A stretch of DNA of 64,000 nucleotides, from NCBI GenBank assembly GCA_965243025.1, contig CBDETY010000003.1, forward strand, positions 6,368,001 through 6,432,000, in the 5' to 3' direction. This DNA is from Candidatus Latescibacterota bacterium (GTDB lineage Bacteria > Latescibacterota > UBA2968 > UBA8231). The position numbers and the translations under genes are program-made. Below are positions 23,471-37,000 of this stretch, in pieces (the first letter of the stretch is position 1; each line of letters opens with the position of its first letter). Under the pieces are notes generated by a model. That model had not been told where the DNA came from and did no database searches. It saw nothing but the letters and a program-made list of their open reading frames with translations.

Positions 23471-24313
23471 TCAAAGGTGTGCGCGGTAGTTGATTGCCTG
23501 CAACTGCACATGACGACTGACATCCCCCGGTAACTGGAAGAGCTTGGGTCTCTGCCGAAACTCGAACAGCCGGTAAAGATGGTAGGCCTGGGCGTTCGCC
23601 TCCGAGAATCGGACCTCGCCGGCGCTGATGTAGAACGGCGTGAGCTTGCCGTAACGTGTGGTCTTCACCTCGATGAATCGGTCCCGTCCGTTGGCTTCGT
23701 ACGAATGAATATCAAAACCGGCATGGTCGCCCAAAGTTTTTGAGACCTGCTCGACGTTCCTGGCCAGGTGGTCCTTGCCTTCACCCAGGAGCCTGGCGCG
23801 CTCGAAATCCATAACCAATGCTTCACCGGCATCGCCGAGCGATCGATTGAGGGCCTCCATATGAAGGTAGTTGATCGTTGGGGAAGGGTGTCTGGGAACG
23901 CCGTAGTCAGTAGTTGCCTCACCTACCGAAGCGGAAGTGGGCACAGGCGGAGCGACTTGGATGCCGAGGACATCGTCGACGGCGACTTGGTTCTGGAGTG
24001 CCTCGACATCTGTTGCGACCAAGTCCTCAAGCGACCAAAGGTGCTCGCGAACCACATCCCTCAACAGGCTCTGGATGTTGACGAGCGGTTTGTATCCGTT
24101 GATGTAGGGAAACCCCAACTCGATCAGGACTGCGCTGATGTTCTGGTGTTTGCGCTCAACCGCGCCGCGGGTGCGGCCATCCAACCGAGCACGGAGCGCC
24201 TTGTTGTGGGCAGCTTTGTTGAAGGGTTCACCGCGAACCTCATAAGCCAGCATTTCGAGGTAGTCTCGGACAGTGGCTTCAACCTCCTGTCTGCTCCAAT
24301 CGCTGAACTGCAT
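23471..24313 (-). CDS. DUF3883 (NO VEIN C-terminal) PD-(D/E)XK nuclease, putative restriction/defence protein
   Basis: LGDAGEALV...GDHAGFDIHSY...RFIEVKTT...FYISAGE. Confidence 0.85.
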   Translation of the reverse strand: MQFSDWSRQEVEATVRDYLEMLAYEVRGEPFNKAAHNKALRARLDGRTRGAVERKHQNISAVLIELGFPYINGYKPLVNIQSLLRDVVREHLWSLEDLVATDVEALQNQVAVDDVLGIQVAPPVPTSASVGEATTDYGVPRHPSPTINYLHMEALNRSLGDAGEALVMDFERARLLGEGKDHLARNVEQVSKTLGDHAGFDIHSYEANGRDRFIEVKTTRYGKLTPFYISAGEVRFSEANAQAYHLYRLFEFRQRPKLFQLPGDVSRHVQLQAINYRAHL

Positions 24314-24391
24314 GGTTCAGCATCGTACGAACGAGTACGAGGAACGCACAACCTTCTATCCACTCGCGGACCCACCTCAGACTCCTCCGCT

Positions 24392-25660
24392 TCAGCCCGG
24401 CAGCAGGGCGTCCCACTGGGCCTCGCGGTCCGGATGAGGGGCGTTGGCCACCTGTTTCCTGCCGTCGACGTAGATCCTCAGGTAGGAGGTCTCCAGGTCC
24501 GCGGTCTCGTGCAGCACGAGGCCGTCGATGCGGCAGCCCCGCGCCTCCCGGACGATGCCGCGCAGCTCCCGCGGCGTCGGCGTCCGCTTGGAGAGGTTCC
24601 CCTCTGCGTCGTGGAAGTGGCAGATCATGTTGAGCCAGGTGTAGAGCTTCTTGCCGAAGCGCGCCGTGGTGTCGCGGTAGACCTCACCTATTGAAGGGTC
24701 GCAGGGGTTGAGGCGGCTGGTCACCACGACCACCGCGTCCACCAGGTCCTCGCGGCACCATTGGCTCAGGTCCAGGCGCGCCCGCAGCAGGGCCCGCTCC
24801 GGGTTCTCCTTCTCGGAGTGGCCGGCGATGAGGATGTCCGGCTCTTCCGAGGTGCCCACCCAGACCGGCAGGGCACCGGCGGCCTCGCGCACTTCCCTCA
24901 ACAGCACCGTGTACGAGTCGCCGCGGATCCTCTGCAGGCGGCAGGCCAGCCAGGGGAACTCCCGGATGCGCGCCGGCGGGGCGTCGACCCCGGTCTCCTC
25001 GCGCAGCTGTTTCAGCCAGGGTTCGTTGTACCCGAACCCGTCGTCCTCGTCCGGCTCGCCGGCATGGCTGCGGAAGCAGACGAAGAGGCCGTCCACGCCG
25101 TACTCCCGCACCTCCTCGAGGTGGTCGAGGTAGTAGCGCCGGGCCTCCTCGTACGCGTAGCAGGGGATCCCGGGGTGGCGGCTGCGGCCGTCGAGACCGG
25201 CCCAGTAGAGGTGGGGGCGCTCGTCGTAGAAGGGGGAGGTGTTGCGCCCCCAGTGGCGGACGATGTGGAAGTCCTGGAGGGTTGCCCAGGCGAAGAGGCG
25301 GATGCCGTGGCGCCGGGCGCTGGCGACGGCAACCTCGAGGGGGTCCATGCCCGACAGCAGCCGCTCCCACGCCTCGGACTGGTCCGCCAGGCTCGGCACC
25401 GAGCGGCTGCGGTAGAGCCCGCGGGCGCCGGCCAGCGTTCGCCAGAGGATGGTCCTCACCTGGCGGCGGCTGGCCTTCTCGAAGATCTCGTCGATGTACG
25501 CGGCCTCCGCGGCCCGGGGATCGTGCACGAGGAGCACGCCGTGGTCCAGGGTGAGGATCACCTCCCGGTCCGGACCCGTTTCCCTTTCGGCATCCGGCTT
25601 CGGGTGGCCGGCCCCGGCCCTGGAGTCCGGGTCTCGGGAATCGGCTTCTGCTGCAGTCAT
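24392..25660 (-). CDS. GHL10/DUF187-like TIM-barrel glycoside hydrolase-like protein
   Basis: DPLEVAVASARRHGIRLFAW, YAYEEARRYYL, YGVDGL and FGYNEP motifs. Confidence 0.6.
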   Translation of the reverse strand: MTAAEADSRDPDSRAGAGHPKPDAERETGPDREVILTLDHGVLLVHDPRAAEAAYIDEIFEKASRRQVRTILWRTLAGARGLYRSRSVPSLADQSEAWERLLSGMDPLEVAVASARRHGIRLFAWATLQDFHIVRHWGRNTSPFYDERPHLYWAGLDGRSRHPGIPCYAYEEARRYYLDHLEEVREYGVDGLFVCFRSHAGEPDEDDGFGYNEPWLKQLREETGVDAPPARIREFPWLACRLQRIRGDSYTVLLREVREAAGALPVWVGTSEEPDILIAGHSEKENPERALLRARLDLSQWCREDLVDAVVVVTSRLNPCDPSIGEVYRDTTARFGKKLYTWLNMICHFHDAEGNLSKRTPTPRELRGIVREARGCRIDGLVLHETADLETSYLRIYVDGRKQVANAPHPDREAQWDALLPG

Positions 25661-25664
25661 CCCG

Positions 25665-28019
25665 TCATTCCCGCGCGGCGATCCGGAAGGCGTAGAGGCG
25701 GGCGCGGTCGAGGGTGAACCGCAGGCGCACAGTCCCGCCCCGCCAGGGGGCCAGGTCGGCGACCGCCTCGTCGACGGCGTCCCCCTCGAAGACCGCCGGT
25801 TCCGGTCCGAGGGGATCGCCCGCCTCGTCGGTCAGCTCGACGCGGATGCAGCCGCCCCGGTCGGTGGCCGCGTTGAGGCGCAGCTCCTCTCCGTCCACGC
25901 GGACCGGGCGGGTGCCGAGATAGCCGCACCCCTCCACCGGCTCGGCGTGGGCCACGCGGAAGGGCAGGCAGCGGGCGAAGGCCGGCTGGTAGCGGGTCTG
26001 TTTGCCGTCGGCCCAGTACCCCTCCCAGGTGGTGAAGTAGGGGGCGTCGGCGTGGTTGGGGCAGCTGCGGCGGAACTCCTCCAGGTCCTTCCACCCGGAC
26101 ATGATCCCGTAGCCGTTGTGACGCGTGTTGATGGCGGTGTAGTGGTACCACCACTGGCCGCCGAGCTCGCTGTACATATAGATGTCGCGGATCATGCCGA
26201 AGTCGTAGGTGCCCGGGCCGTTGGACTCGACGAGGCTGCGCCGGTGCCCGGTGAAGCGCTTGAAGTGCAGCAGGTCGCGGGTCCAGATCAGCTCCGGCTC
26301 CTGGGTCTGCTCGATCCCCCAGTGCAGCAGCACCGAGCCGAGGTAGAGGTTCCGCCGCGGGAAGGCCTGGTTGACCTTGTGCTTCCCCTTGTTGAGCGCC
26401 GGCCTTCCCGGCGCGTCCCCCGGGGTGCCGAAGCGCTGCATCAGCCCCATGGCGTAGAACTGGGACCCGAGACGGTCGTGCCGGTCCGGGCCCAGCACGA
26501 AGCGGCGGTCGTAGGCGATGCCGTCCGCGGTGGACATGACCGCCAGGCAGCGCAGGCACAGGTGCATGTTGTCGTAAGTTGCCCCGTGCGGCGGATAGGC
26601 GGGCGAGGCGGGGCGGAAGTAGAAGTGCAGCCGCTTTCCGTCCGACTCCTCCACGTGGCAGCGGATGGTCTCGCTGGTGTGCATCAGGTCCATGCCGACG
26701 CCGAGGTAGAGGACCGGCTCCCGCGTCAGCACGAGGTAGAGGGCGCCGCGCTGCTCGAAGGGCCAGAACTCCCCCTTGCGGGGGCGGAAGGACCCGCTCT
26801 CTCCGTCTTCGTCCCGGTTTTCGAGGCTCCTGCAGCGGGAGGGGAAGTCCTCCTTGGCCGAGGCGACGAAGACGCGGTCGAGGTCGACGGGGCCGTCCCT
26901 CTCCGCGTCGTAGAAGCGGAACTCCGCGTGCTCGAGGGCGTGGGCCCTCTCCCGTTCGGCCGGGGTGGGTTCGCGGTGGTCGCTGAGGATGTTGTTGGCC
27001 GTGGAGCCGTCGTACTCGACCAATCCGAGGGCGGGCTTCTCCCAGCTCTCCCCGTCTTCGCTGACCAGCAGCATGCGCAGGCGGCTGCGCTCCTCGCGCG
27101 TCTCTTCCCGCTCGATGCGCCCGCCCCCGTTGCGGTAGACGGCCTCGTAGCGCCCGGCCTCCTCGTTCCAGTCCACGGACTCGAGGCCGAGCATCTCCTC
27201 GTCGTGGGGCTCGGTGGTGGCGGCCAGGGGGGCCGGGTTCTTGTCCATGGTGTCGGGGACGAACTGGACGCCTTCGGCCTCGTCGAAGCTGTAGTCGTCG
27301 ACCAGCACCTCGGGATAGCCGGCCAGCTCGAGAACTTCCGGTGGCGCCGGCCCGGCGGCGGCCTGCACCCAGAACTTGCGCACGCACCAGGGCCCCACCG
27401 GCTCGCCGTTCACCAACGGCCGCAGGCGGATCCAGTACTCTCCCGTGCCCCAGCCGGCGATGGAGAAGGTCTGTTCCTGCAGCTCGTGGGTCAGGCTCAG
27501 GCGCCAGGGGCCTGCCAGGGGCGCGAAGCCTTCGCGGGTGGTGACGTCCGCTTCCACCTCGCAGCGGCTGACGCGGCGGCGGCGGATGCGGTAGAGGAAG
27601 CGGGCCTCGTCCTCGTCGAGGAACAGGGACTGCCGCGGCGCGCACTCGATGATCTGCGGCCGGGCGTCGACGGCGATGACCGAGCGATCGGAGGGGAAGA
27701 AGCCGAGGGGGTCGAGGGTGGTGGACCCGGAGGCGATCGCGCGGTCCGCGGCCAGGAGCTGCACGTCGAAGCGGTACTCCCCCATGAGCCAGCTGTCCTC
27801 CCAGAGGCCGGGTTCGGGGTCGTAGCGCCCGTCGTCGACCAGCGGGTAGAGGATGGGGACGCGGGCCTTGCCGTCCCGCACCTCCACCTCGTCAACCGTC
27901 AGTTCCTGGACGTATCCCTGGGGCTGGCGAACCCGGACCCGGGCGGTCAGGCCGTCCGCGCCGGCCGGGCAGTCCAGGACCAGGCTCTTCCACCAGTAGC
28001 CGTTGTCGATGAACTCCAT
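25665..28019 (-). CDS. uncharacterised beta-propeller glycosidase-like protein
   Basis: Asp-box-like SEDGESWEKP and STADG; C-terminal LRLNAA...IRVEL...VRLRFTLDRARLYAF domain. Confidence 0.55.
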   Translation of the reverse strand: MEFIDNGYWWKSLVLDCPAGADGLTARVRVRQPQGYVQELTVDEVEVRDGKARVPILYPLVDDGRYDPEPGLWEDSWLMGEYRFDVQLLAADRAIASGSTTLDPLGFFPSDRSVIAVDARPQIIECAPRQSLFLDEDEARFLYRIRRRRVSRCEVEADVTTREGFAPLAGPWRLSLTHELQEQTFSIAGWGTGEYWIRLRPLVNGEPVGPWCVRKFWVQAAAGPAPPEVLELAGYPEVLVDDYSFDEAEGVQFVPDTMDKNPAPLAATTEPHDEEMLGLESVDWNEEAGRYEAVYRNGGGRIEREETREERSRLRMLLVSEDGESWEKPALGLVEYDGSTANNILSDHREPTPAERERAHALEHAEFRFYDAERDGPVDLDRVFVASAKEDFPSRCRSLENRDEDGESGSFRPRKGEFWPFEQRGALYLVLTREPVLYLGVGMDLMHTSETIRCHVEESDGKRLHFYFRPASPAYPPHGATYDNMHLCLRCLAVMSTADGIAYDRRFVLGPDRHDRLGSQFYAMGLMQRFGTPGDAPGRPALNKGKHKVNQAFPRRNLYLGSVLLHWGIEQTQEPELIWTRDLLHFKRFTGHRRSLVESNGPGTYDFGMIRDIYMYSELGGQWWYHYTAINTRHNGYGIMSGWKDLEEFRRSCPNHADAPYFTTWEGYWADGKQTRYQPAFARCLPFRVAHAEPVEGCGYLGTRPVRVDGEELRLNAATDRGGCIRVELTDEAGDPLGPEPAVFEGDAVDEAVADLAPWRGGTVRLRFTLDRARLYAFRIAARE

Positions 28020-28037
28020 GGATTCCGCGCAGGTCGA

Positions 28038-30173
28038 TCAGTAGAAGGAGGCCTGTTCCCTCAGCGCCTCGATCCGCCAGCCGAATTCCTCCTCCAGTTC
28101 CTTTGTCCATCCCCGCTTTTCAAAGGCGATCTGCCCCTCCCGGTTGAGAAACCAGGTTGTGGGAAAGGCATTCACGTCTGCTTCGTCGACGTACCCGTCG
28201 TCGACAAGGACCGGGAAGTCGTAGCCCCTTTCGTTCATCCACGGGGGTACCGACTCGGGGACGCGATCGTTGTTGATCGTCAGAATCGCCACCTCAGGGT
28301 CGTCCTCGTAGTGCTCGTACAGCTTCTGAAAGTCAGGCATTTCCCTGACGCACCATCCGCACCAGATGCCCCAGAAGTTGATCGCCACGACCCTGCCCTT
28401 CAAAGAGGCCAGCGACACCCGCGTCTCCTCGAGTGTCGGCAGATCGAACGGGATGGCGGGTTCCGGGACCTCGATGCGCGAGGAGAGGACCTGCTGTTTC
28501 CGCGTTTCCCGGTCCGCCTCTTCCAGGGCTTCGAGATACTCGTCGTACCCGGTCAAGCTTCCGTGTCGTTTCAGATAGAGCGACTCCAGAGCCTTTTCGT
28601 TGGGATTGTCGCGCGGCGACTGGACCGACACCCCCATCCGGTAAAATTCTTCGGCCTTGCCGAGGTCGGCCGTCTCCTCGTAAAGCCGGCCCAGATGGTG
28701 AAGGGTGCTCACGTCCTCGGGGTTCAGCTCATAGGCGCGCAGCAGTTCCCGCTCGCTTTCCTCCAGGCGGCCGGCCTGAAACAGCACCCAGCCAAGGGCG
28801 TCCGCCATCGCCCCGTTCCTCCAGTTCGAAGCCTTTTCAAAGGACTCCTCCGAGTCGTAGTGCGGCCTGTTGCTTTCCAGTTTTTCCCGAACTGCTGCAA
28901 CGCCGTCCCGGGCGATCTGCTCGGCCCCCCCGTGATACGGCGTGCGTTCGGCCAGCGCGATCGCACCCTGTGCGAACACGACGCGCGGGTTGCTTTTCTC
29001 GTGTTCAACCATACCCCGCACCACCGTGCGGATTTCTTCCGCCGTTACCGTGGAATCCTCTCGAATGGAATGGAACAGTTCCCGGTACGCATCTCCCAGC
29101 AGGTCTTCATTGAAGTGGGCAGGCCGCGCGATGAACGACTTCAGCAGGCTGCGATACTCCGCTTGCTGCTCCGGGTCTTCGAAATCGTCGCCCGCGGCCT
29201 CCCGCACGGCGCGATAGCGATGCACCAGAATCCACTCCGCCTCCGGACTTTCTCCATGGCTGCCGAGGATGCGATCGGCGATAGATCTCGCCTTTTCTTC
29301 GGCTTCCAGGCTGCGCCAGGCATTGTAGACGGCCAGCAGAGAAGGGGCGTCCCCTCCGCGCGCCTCCAGAAACAGATCGGCGTCCGATTCGATCCGGGCG
29401 ATTTTCTCCTCCAAAGTCCTGTCTTTCCGGCTCTGAACCATACGCCAGAAGTACCGGCGCACCCTCAAGTTCGTCGGCGCCAGTTGAACCGCCTTCCGGT
29501 ACAACGAGTCGGCTTCGTCATAACGACGCGCCGAAGCGAGATAAACCGCCGGCCGGAAAAAAGCATTGGCATTGCCGGGGTCGGCTTTCCGCGCTTCTTC
29601 GAACGCCTCCAGGCAGGCGCCGAAGCGTTCCTCGTCTTCCCCTTTTTCAGAGGTGTGGTAGAGCGCATCTCCCTTGACCACCAGAAGCCGGGCGGGGTTG
29701 TCGACCCGGGTCCGATACCGGTCGACAAAGGCGATGGCGTCTTCCTTGCTGCTTCCGTAAAGGACCTCCGCCCTCGTGTTGATGACATCTGCGTGGCCGG
29801 GCAGCATCTGCAACGCCTTTTCGCTGGCCGAGAGCGCCTCATCCCTTCGCTCTTCTCCCAGGGCGTCGAGCGCGCCCGCGAGAGCGAACCAGCTCCAGGC
29901 GCTGGTTTCATGAGAAGCGGCCATTTCTTCGGCGGCGGCGACCGCTTCCGCAGTGCTGTCCACTGCCATGTGATGGATAAACCAGGCGCGCAGGGGCAGA
30001 TCGTCGGGAAACCGTTCGACCAGGGTTTTCCCCTCGACATATCCAACTTCGTGATTGCGGGATTTCTGCAGGGATCGCAACCGAGCGACCGCTTCTTCTG
30101 CGCTATCCTGTCCCTGAAGCGGGATCGGACACAGAGAGAGAACCAGCAGATACGGCATCCATCGCTTCATCAT
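28038..30173 (-). CDS. secreted TPR-repeat protein with C-terminal TlpA/redoxin domain
   Basis: Signal peptide MMKRWMPYLLVL; TPR helices; INFWGIWCGWCVREMP and FPTTWF motifs. Confidence 0.85.
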   Translation of the reverse strand: MMKRWMPYLLVLSLCPIPLQGQDSAEEAVARLRSLQKSRNHEVGYVEGKTLVERFPDDLPLRAWFIHHMAVDSTAEAVAAAEEMAASHETSAWSWFALAGALDALGEERRDEALSASEKALQMLPGHADVINTRAEVLYGSSKEDAIAFVDRYRTRVDNPARLLVVKGDALYHTSEKGEDEERFGACLEAFEEARKADPGNANAFFRPAVYLASARRYDEADSLYRKAVQLAPTNLRVRRYFWRMVQSRKDRTLEEKIARIESDADLFLEARGGDAPSLLAVYNAWRSLEAEEKARSIADRILGSHGESPEAEWILVHRYRAVREAAGDDFEDPEQQAEYRSLLKSFIARPAHFNEDLLGDAYRELFHSIREDSTVTAEEIRTVVRGMVEHEKSNPRVVFAQGAIALAERTPYHGGAEQIARDGVAAVREKLESNRPHYDSEESFEKASNWRNGAMADALGWVLFQAGRLEESERELLRAYELNPEDVSTLHHLGRLYEETADLGKAEEFYRMGVSVQSPRDNPNEKALESLYLKRHGSLTGYDEYLEALEEADRETRKQQVLSSRIEVPEPAIPFDLPTLEETRVSLASLKGRVVAINFWGIWCGWCVREMPDFQKLYEHYEDDPEVAILTINNDRVPESVPPWMNERGYDFPVLVDDGYVDEADVNAFPTTWFLNREGQIAFEKRGWTKELEEEFGWRIEALREQASFY

Positions 30174-30272
30174 GCACTCCTCATCCGTTGTGAGTGGCTC
30201 GCGTCCTGACCGTACCATGAGAATGCTCCACGATTCGAGTCCGCTTGGCGACCGACGATGCATCAATTAATG

Positions 30273-30315
30273 AAAAAGGCCCGGTGGGAAGTCATATGAA
30301 CTCCCCTCCGGGCCT
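30273..30315 (-). terminator. Rho-independent terminator after katG
   Basis: AGGCCCGG...CCGGGCCT stem followed by T5 on the minus strand. Confidence 0.65.
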
Positions 30316-30341
30316 CTGTGCGGTTTGCCAAACTGTTACGA

Positions 30342-33005
<2,664 letters not shown>

Positions 33006-33229
33006 CTACATTGCCATCGGGATCGCCACTCACCCATCAGGGAACACACACGACATAGACGAACACCGGGAGGATCAAGGGCACTCTTGAAGGGATTCTT
33101 GATGCATGGAGTGGACGGTGTTGAACACCGAGCGCGATTGGCGTCGGGTACCGTGGTGAACGAGCACACCGAAAGGGTGCCGTTTCCAGGGCGGAACATT
33201 GAGCTTGCCTGCGTGGCGGGTGGGCGCCG

Positions 33230-34027
33230 GTGACCATCGGGGCAGGAGAAGTTGTCTACGATATCGGCGAGGCCCCCTGTTACGGGGTTGGCCTGCGATG
33301 GTCGGAGGACCAGTTTGAAGCCGCGATGGACGGTAGGGTTGCAGGCGTGCTATTCGATGATGAGGGCAAGGCGAACATCGAGGGAATCCTTGCGGAAGTG
33401 GCCGAGACGAAATTTGCCCAAGACGGCCTTCGACGCGTGCTGGAGGATCCGGATGCGGTCGAGGACTGGCGGGTCGGCGAAGCGATTGCGGAGGCCTATC
33501 TGATAGACCATCGATCGTGCAGCTTTCCCTGGCCGGCCGGTCGGGACGAGAGAAAAAGCGGGTCCAGCCTGCCGGGCGCCGATCTGGTAGGGTTCGGGAG
33601 TGACGACAACGGCGACTGTCTCGCTTTCGGTGAGGTGAAGACATCGAGCGATCCCCGCTACCCTCCAGGAGCGATGTACGGGCGGACCGGATTGAAGCAG
33701 CAATTGGAAGATCTTCGCGACAGCCAGGCAGTCCGCGACGATCTCCTGAAGTATCTCGGTCACCGGGCCGGGTTGGCGCCATGGCGCGCTCGGTTCGAGC
33801 GTGCGGCAAGCAGGTATCTGCAAAATACGTCCGACGTTCAACTCTACGGATTCCTTGTTCGCGACGTGGAACCCCATCGGGATGACTTGAGGGCGCGGGT
33901 CAGTGGTCTTGCGTTGGGTTCCGGGGAGGGAACGCGTATCGAGCTGCTGGCGCTCTACCTGCCACATGAGAGTCTGGATGGCATTGGGGAGGCGATGGTT
34001 CTGAGGCGTTCAGGAGCGGAACGATGA
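33230..34027 (+). CDS. HamA/DUF1837-like PD-(D/E)XK nuclease (Hachiman-like)
   Basis: VGEAIAEAYL...GADLVGF...FGEVKTS; ATGA-coupled to the helicase. Confidence 0.7.
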   Translation: MTIGAGEVVYDIGEAPCYGVGLRWSEDQFEAAMDGRVAGVLFDDEGKANIEGILAEVAETKFAQDGLRRVLEDPDAVEDWRVGEAIAEAYLIDHRSCSFPWPAGRDERKSGSSLPGADLVGFGSDDNGDCLAFGEVKTSSDPRYPPGAMYGRTGLKQQLEDLRDSQAVRDDLLKYLGHRAGLAPWRARFERAASRYLQNTSDVQLYGFLVRDVEPHRDDLRARVSGLALGSGEGTRIELLALYLPHESLDGIGEAMVLRRSGAER

Positions 34028-37000
34028 GCCTGTCTTCTGGAGCATTTGAGGCGCTCAACAAACATTGGGCGGTCGCTGCCCTCGGGACCGACGAGTTGGA
34101 GCGTGCGGGGGAACTTGCCGGCCAGCGGCTGGCACAGAGAGCAGTCGGCAGGCAGATCAGCTTTTCCTTCGCGGAAAGCTCTGACGAGGAGCCGTTCCTG
34201 GTGCGAGTGGCGCTCGCTTTCGAGCTCGCCGCGATCGAAGGCTTGGATGAGCTGAGCCGTCCGGCGGGTGAGAACCTTCCCCTCAGGGACCAGGCAGTGG
34301 CGGCTTCGTTCCGTGCCTTCGACATCCGCCGCCTGCTTCCCGTCCCGGAGGAGACGCTGGATCGCCTGTTCTTTGTGCTTCAGCTCTCCGCCATCGCCTA
34401 TTGCGGCGATCGCTGGTCTGACTTGCGACGCTGGTATCGGGAGCAGGGAGAGGCCCTGAAGGCGCCGAGTGTGGCGGATGCGGAATGGGACCGCAGGCTC
34501 CTTTACAGGCTGTTCGATTGCTGGGTCCGGCTTTTCCGCAAGGAGGGCTGGGACGATCTGGATCGCATCCGCGAGATCATATCCGGCCTTCGTGATGACC
34601 AGAAAATCCATGAAGAACGTCGTCTGCAAAACGGTTCGAAGGCGGTGGACCGGGCAATCGCCCTGCGGTTGGCGGCTCTCTACAACTGGGCGAAAGCTAC
34701 GGAGACACTCGCGAGGTACATGCTCCAAGGCGAACCGGGCGATCCGTTCGGCATACTGGACAAGCACTTCGAGGCGGGAATCAAGGCGGCGGCGGCTTCG
34801 GGGGATGCGCAGCACGAGGTGGTGCTGCGGTGGTTGCACGCGACGGCGCGCATCATGGTGACGAATTCGCTCTGGTGGGCGACCCGGACGGTCAATTCGA
34901 AGACCTCGGACTTCGTGCGCTCGCTGACGAAACGCGAGCATCAGGCGATGTTCGAGCTATTGCCGCCACAGCGCGCCGCGCTGCTCGAACAGGGGCTGCT
35001 GGACCAGGCGAAGACCGCGATCGTGGTCGATTTGCCCACCTCTGGCGGGAAGACGCTGCTCGCGCAGTTCCGCATCCTCCAGGCGCTGAACCAGTTCCAG
35101 GTCGACGGGGGATGGGTCGTCTACGTGGCGCCGACCCGTGCGCTGTCGGCGCAGATCACGCGGCGCCTGCGCACGGACTTCGAGCCGATCGGGCTGCGTG
35201 TTGAGCAGTTGACTGCAGCCGTTGAGGTGGACGCCTTCGAGGAAGAGCTACTGGCCGACAGGAACGAGCCGTTCGACATCCTGGTCGCGACGCCCGAGAA
35301 GCTGTCGCTGGTGATTCGAAACAAGAAGGTAGATCGTCCTCTCGCCTTGGTGGTGATGGACGAAGCCCACAATCTGGAGTCGGAAGGTCGGGGCCTGCGG
35401 ATTGAGCTGTTGCTGGCGACCGTAAAGCGGGATTGCCCGCAGGCAAACTTCCTCCTGCTGATGCCGTACGTGGAGGAAGCGGCGTCAGTGGCGCGCTGGC
35501 TTGCGCAGGACATCGACGCGGGGAACGCGATCAGCCTCGGTACGGTTCCGTGGAAGCCGAACGAGCGTATTATCGGCCTTTACCGGGCCGTTGCCGATGA
35601 CAGCGTGCGCGGGGGTTGGCACCTCGATTTCGAGACGCTGACGGCTAGCGAGAAAGCGATGCCCCTTCACGGAACGCACCGCGTGGGAGGTGTAAAGCCG
35701 ATCGACGTGCCAAAGAGCCAGGTGCTTGCGAAGGGCTCACAGAAGGGGCTTGGACTTCAGACGGCGGCGATTGGTGCGGTGATGTCGGCGCGAGGCACGA
35801 GTGTTGCGGTGGCCAACAACATTCACACGGTCTGGAAGATGGCGGGGGAAGCGGCGCGGAGCCTTCCCGAGATGGAGGAAGTGCCGCCGGACATAAGGCT
35901 GGTTCAGGACTTCCTGCGCACCGAGATCAGCGTCGACTTCAGGTTGGTCGGCATGCTCGAGAAGGGCGTGGGCGTGCACCATGCGGGGCTGTCCGATGAT
36001 GTCCGGGCGCTGATGGAGTGGCTTGCGGAGACGGGCAGCCTGCGAATGCTGTGCGCGACGTCGACGATCGCCCAGGGCATCAACTTTCCGGTGTCGTCGG
36101 TCTTTCTGTCCTCGCGCTATGTGCCGCAGGGGACGAGATCGGTGGAGATTGCGCCGCGGGAGTTCTGGAACCTCGCCGGGCGCGCAGGACGGATCGGTCA
36201 CGACAGCGTCGGTGTAGTCGGGCTGTCCGAGGGGACCGATCGCGATGCCTTGATCCAGTTCGTGAGCCGTAACACCGGTGCGCTCGTCTCACGTCTCGTT
36301 GTGCTTCTGGACGAGCTGGCAGCGCAGGGGTCGTTGGCGCAGCTGTCGGATGTGCTCTGGCAGGATCAGTGGGAGGATTTTCGCTGCTACATCGCACATC
36401 TGTGGGCGGAGAAGAAGAACTTGGATGCGGTCCTTGCGGATTCCGAGCAGCTTCTGAGGCAGACCTACGGATATACCTCGATGCGGAACGATCCCCAGCA
36501 GAGACAGAAGGCGGATGCCCTTCTCGATGCGACGCATAGCTACGCGCGCGAGCTCGCCGAAATGCCTCAGGGCATCCCGGAGCTTGCGGATTCCACCGGG
36601 TTTTCGCCGGAAGGTGTCCAGGCCGCAATGGGTGGCATCCGCAATCTGGAGAGCAGGCTCACCGTGTCGGACTGGGCGCCGGAGAGTTTGTTCGGCAGCG
36701 GCGGGAGAATGGCGGACCTGTTCGGGGTCATGTTGAGGGTGCCGCAGCTAAAGCAGGACTTGGTCGAGTTGGGGGGGCAAGGGTTCGACCGGAGCCGGAT
36801 TTCCGAGATCACCAACGACTGGGTGAACGGAAGGGGCCTGGAAGAGATCGCGAGGGAGTATTTCAGCCGCAAGAACGACGACGAAGTGGGCACAGCCGCC
36901 CTGACGGATGCGTGCAGGGCGATCTATCGCACCATCGTCAACAGCGGAACATGGGGTGTTTCGGCGCTGAGTCGGGTGTCGGGGATTGATTTCGACGCGC

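Noticed and set aside
25449-30209. 1586-aa + strand ORF (and similar long ORFs at 19895-23383, 19164-22172 and 60252-63893)
   Set aside because: Antisense or alternate-frame shadows of well-supported genes in high-GC DNA; no recognisable motifs
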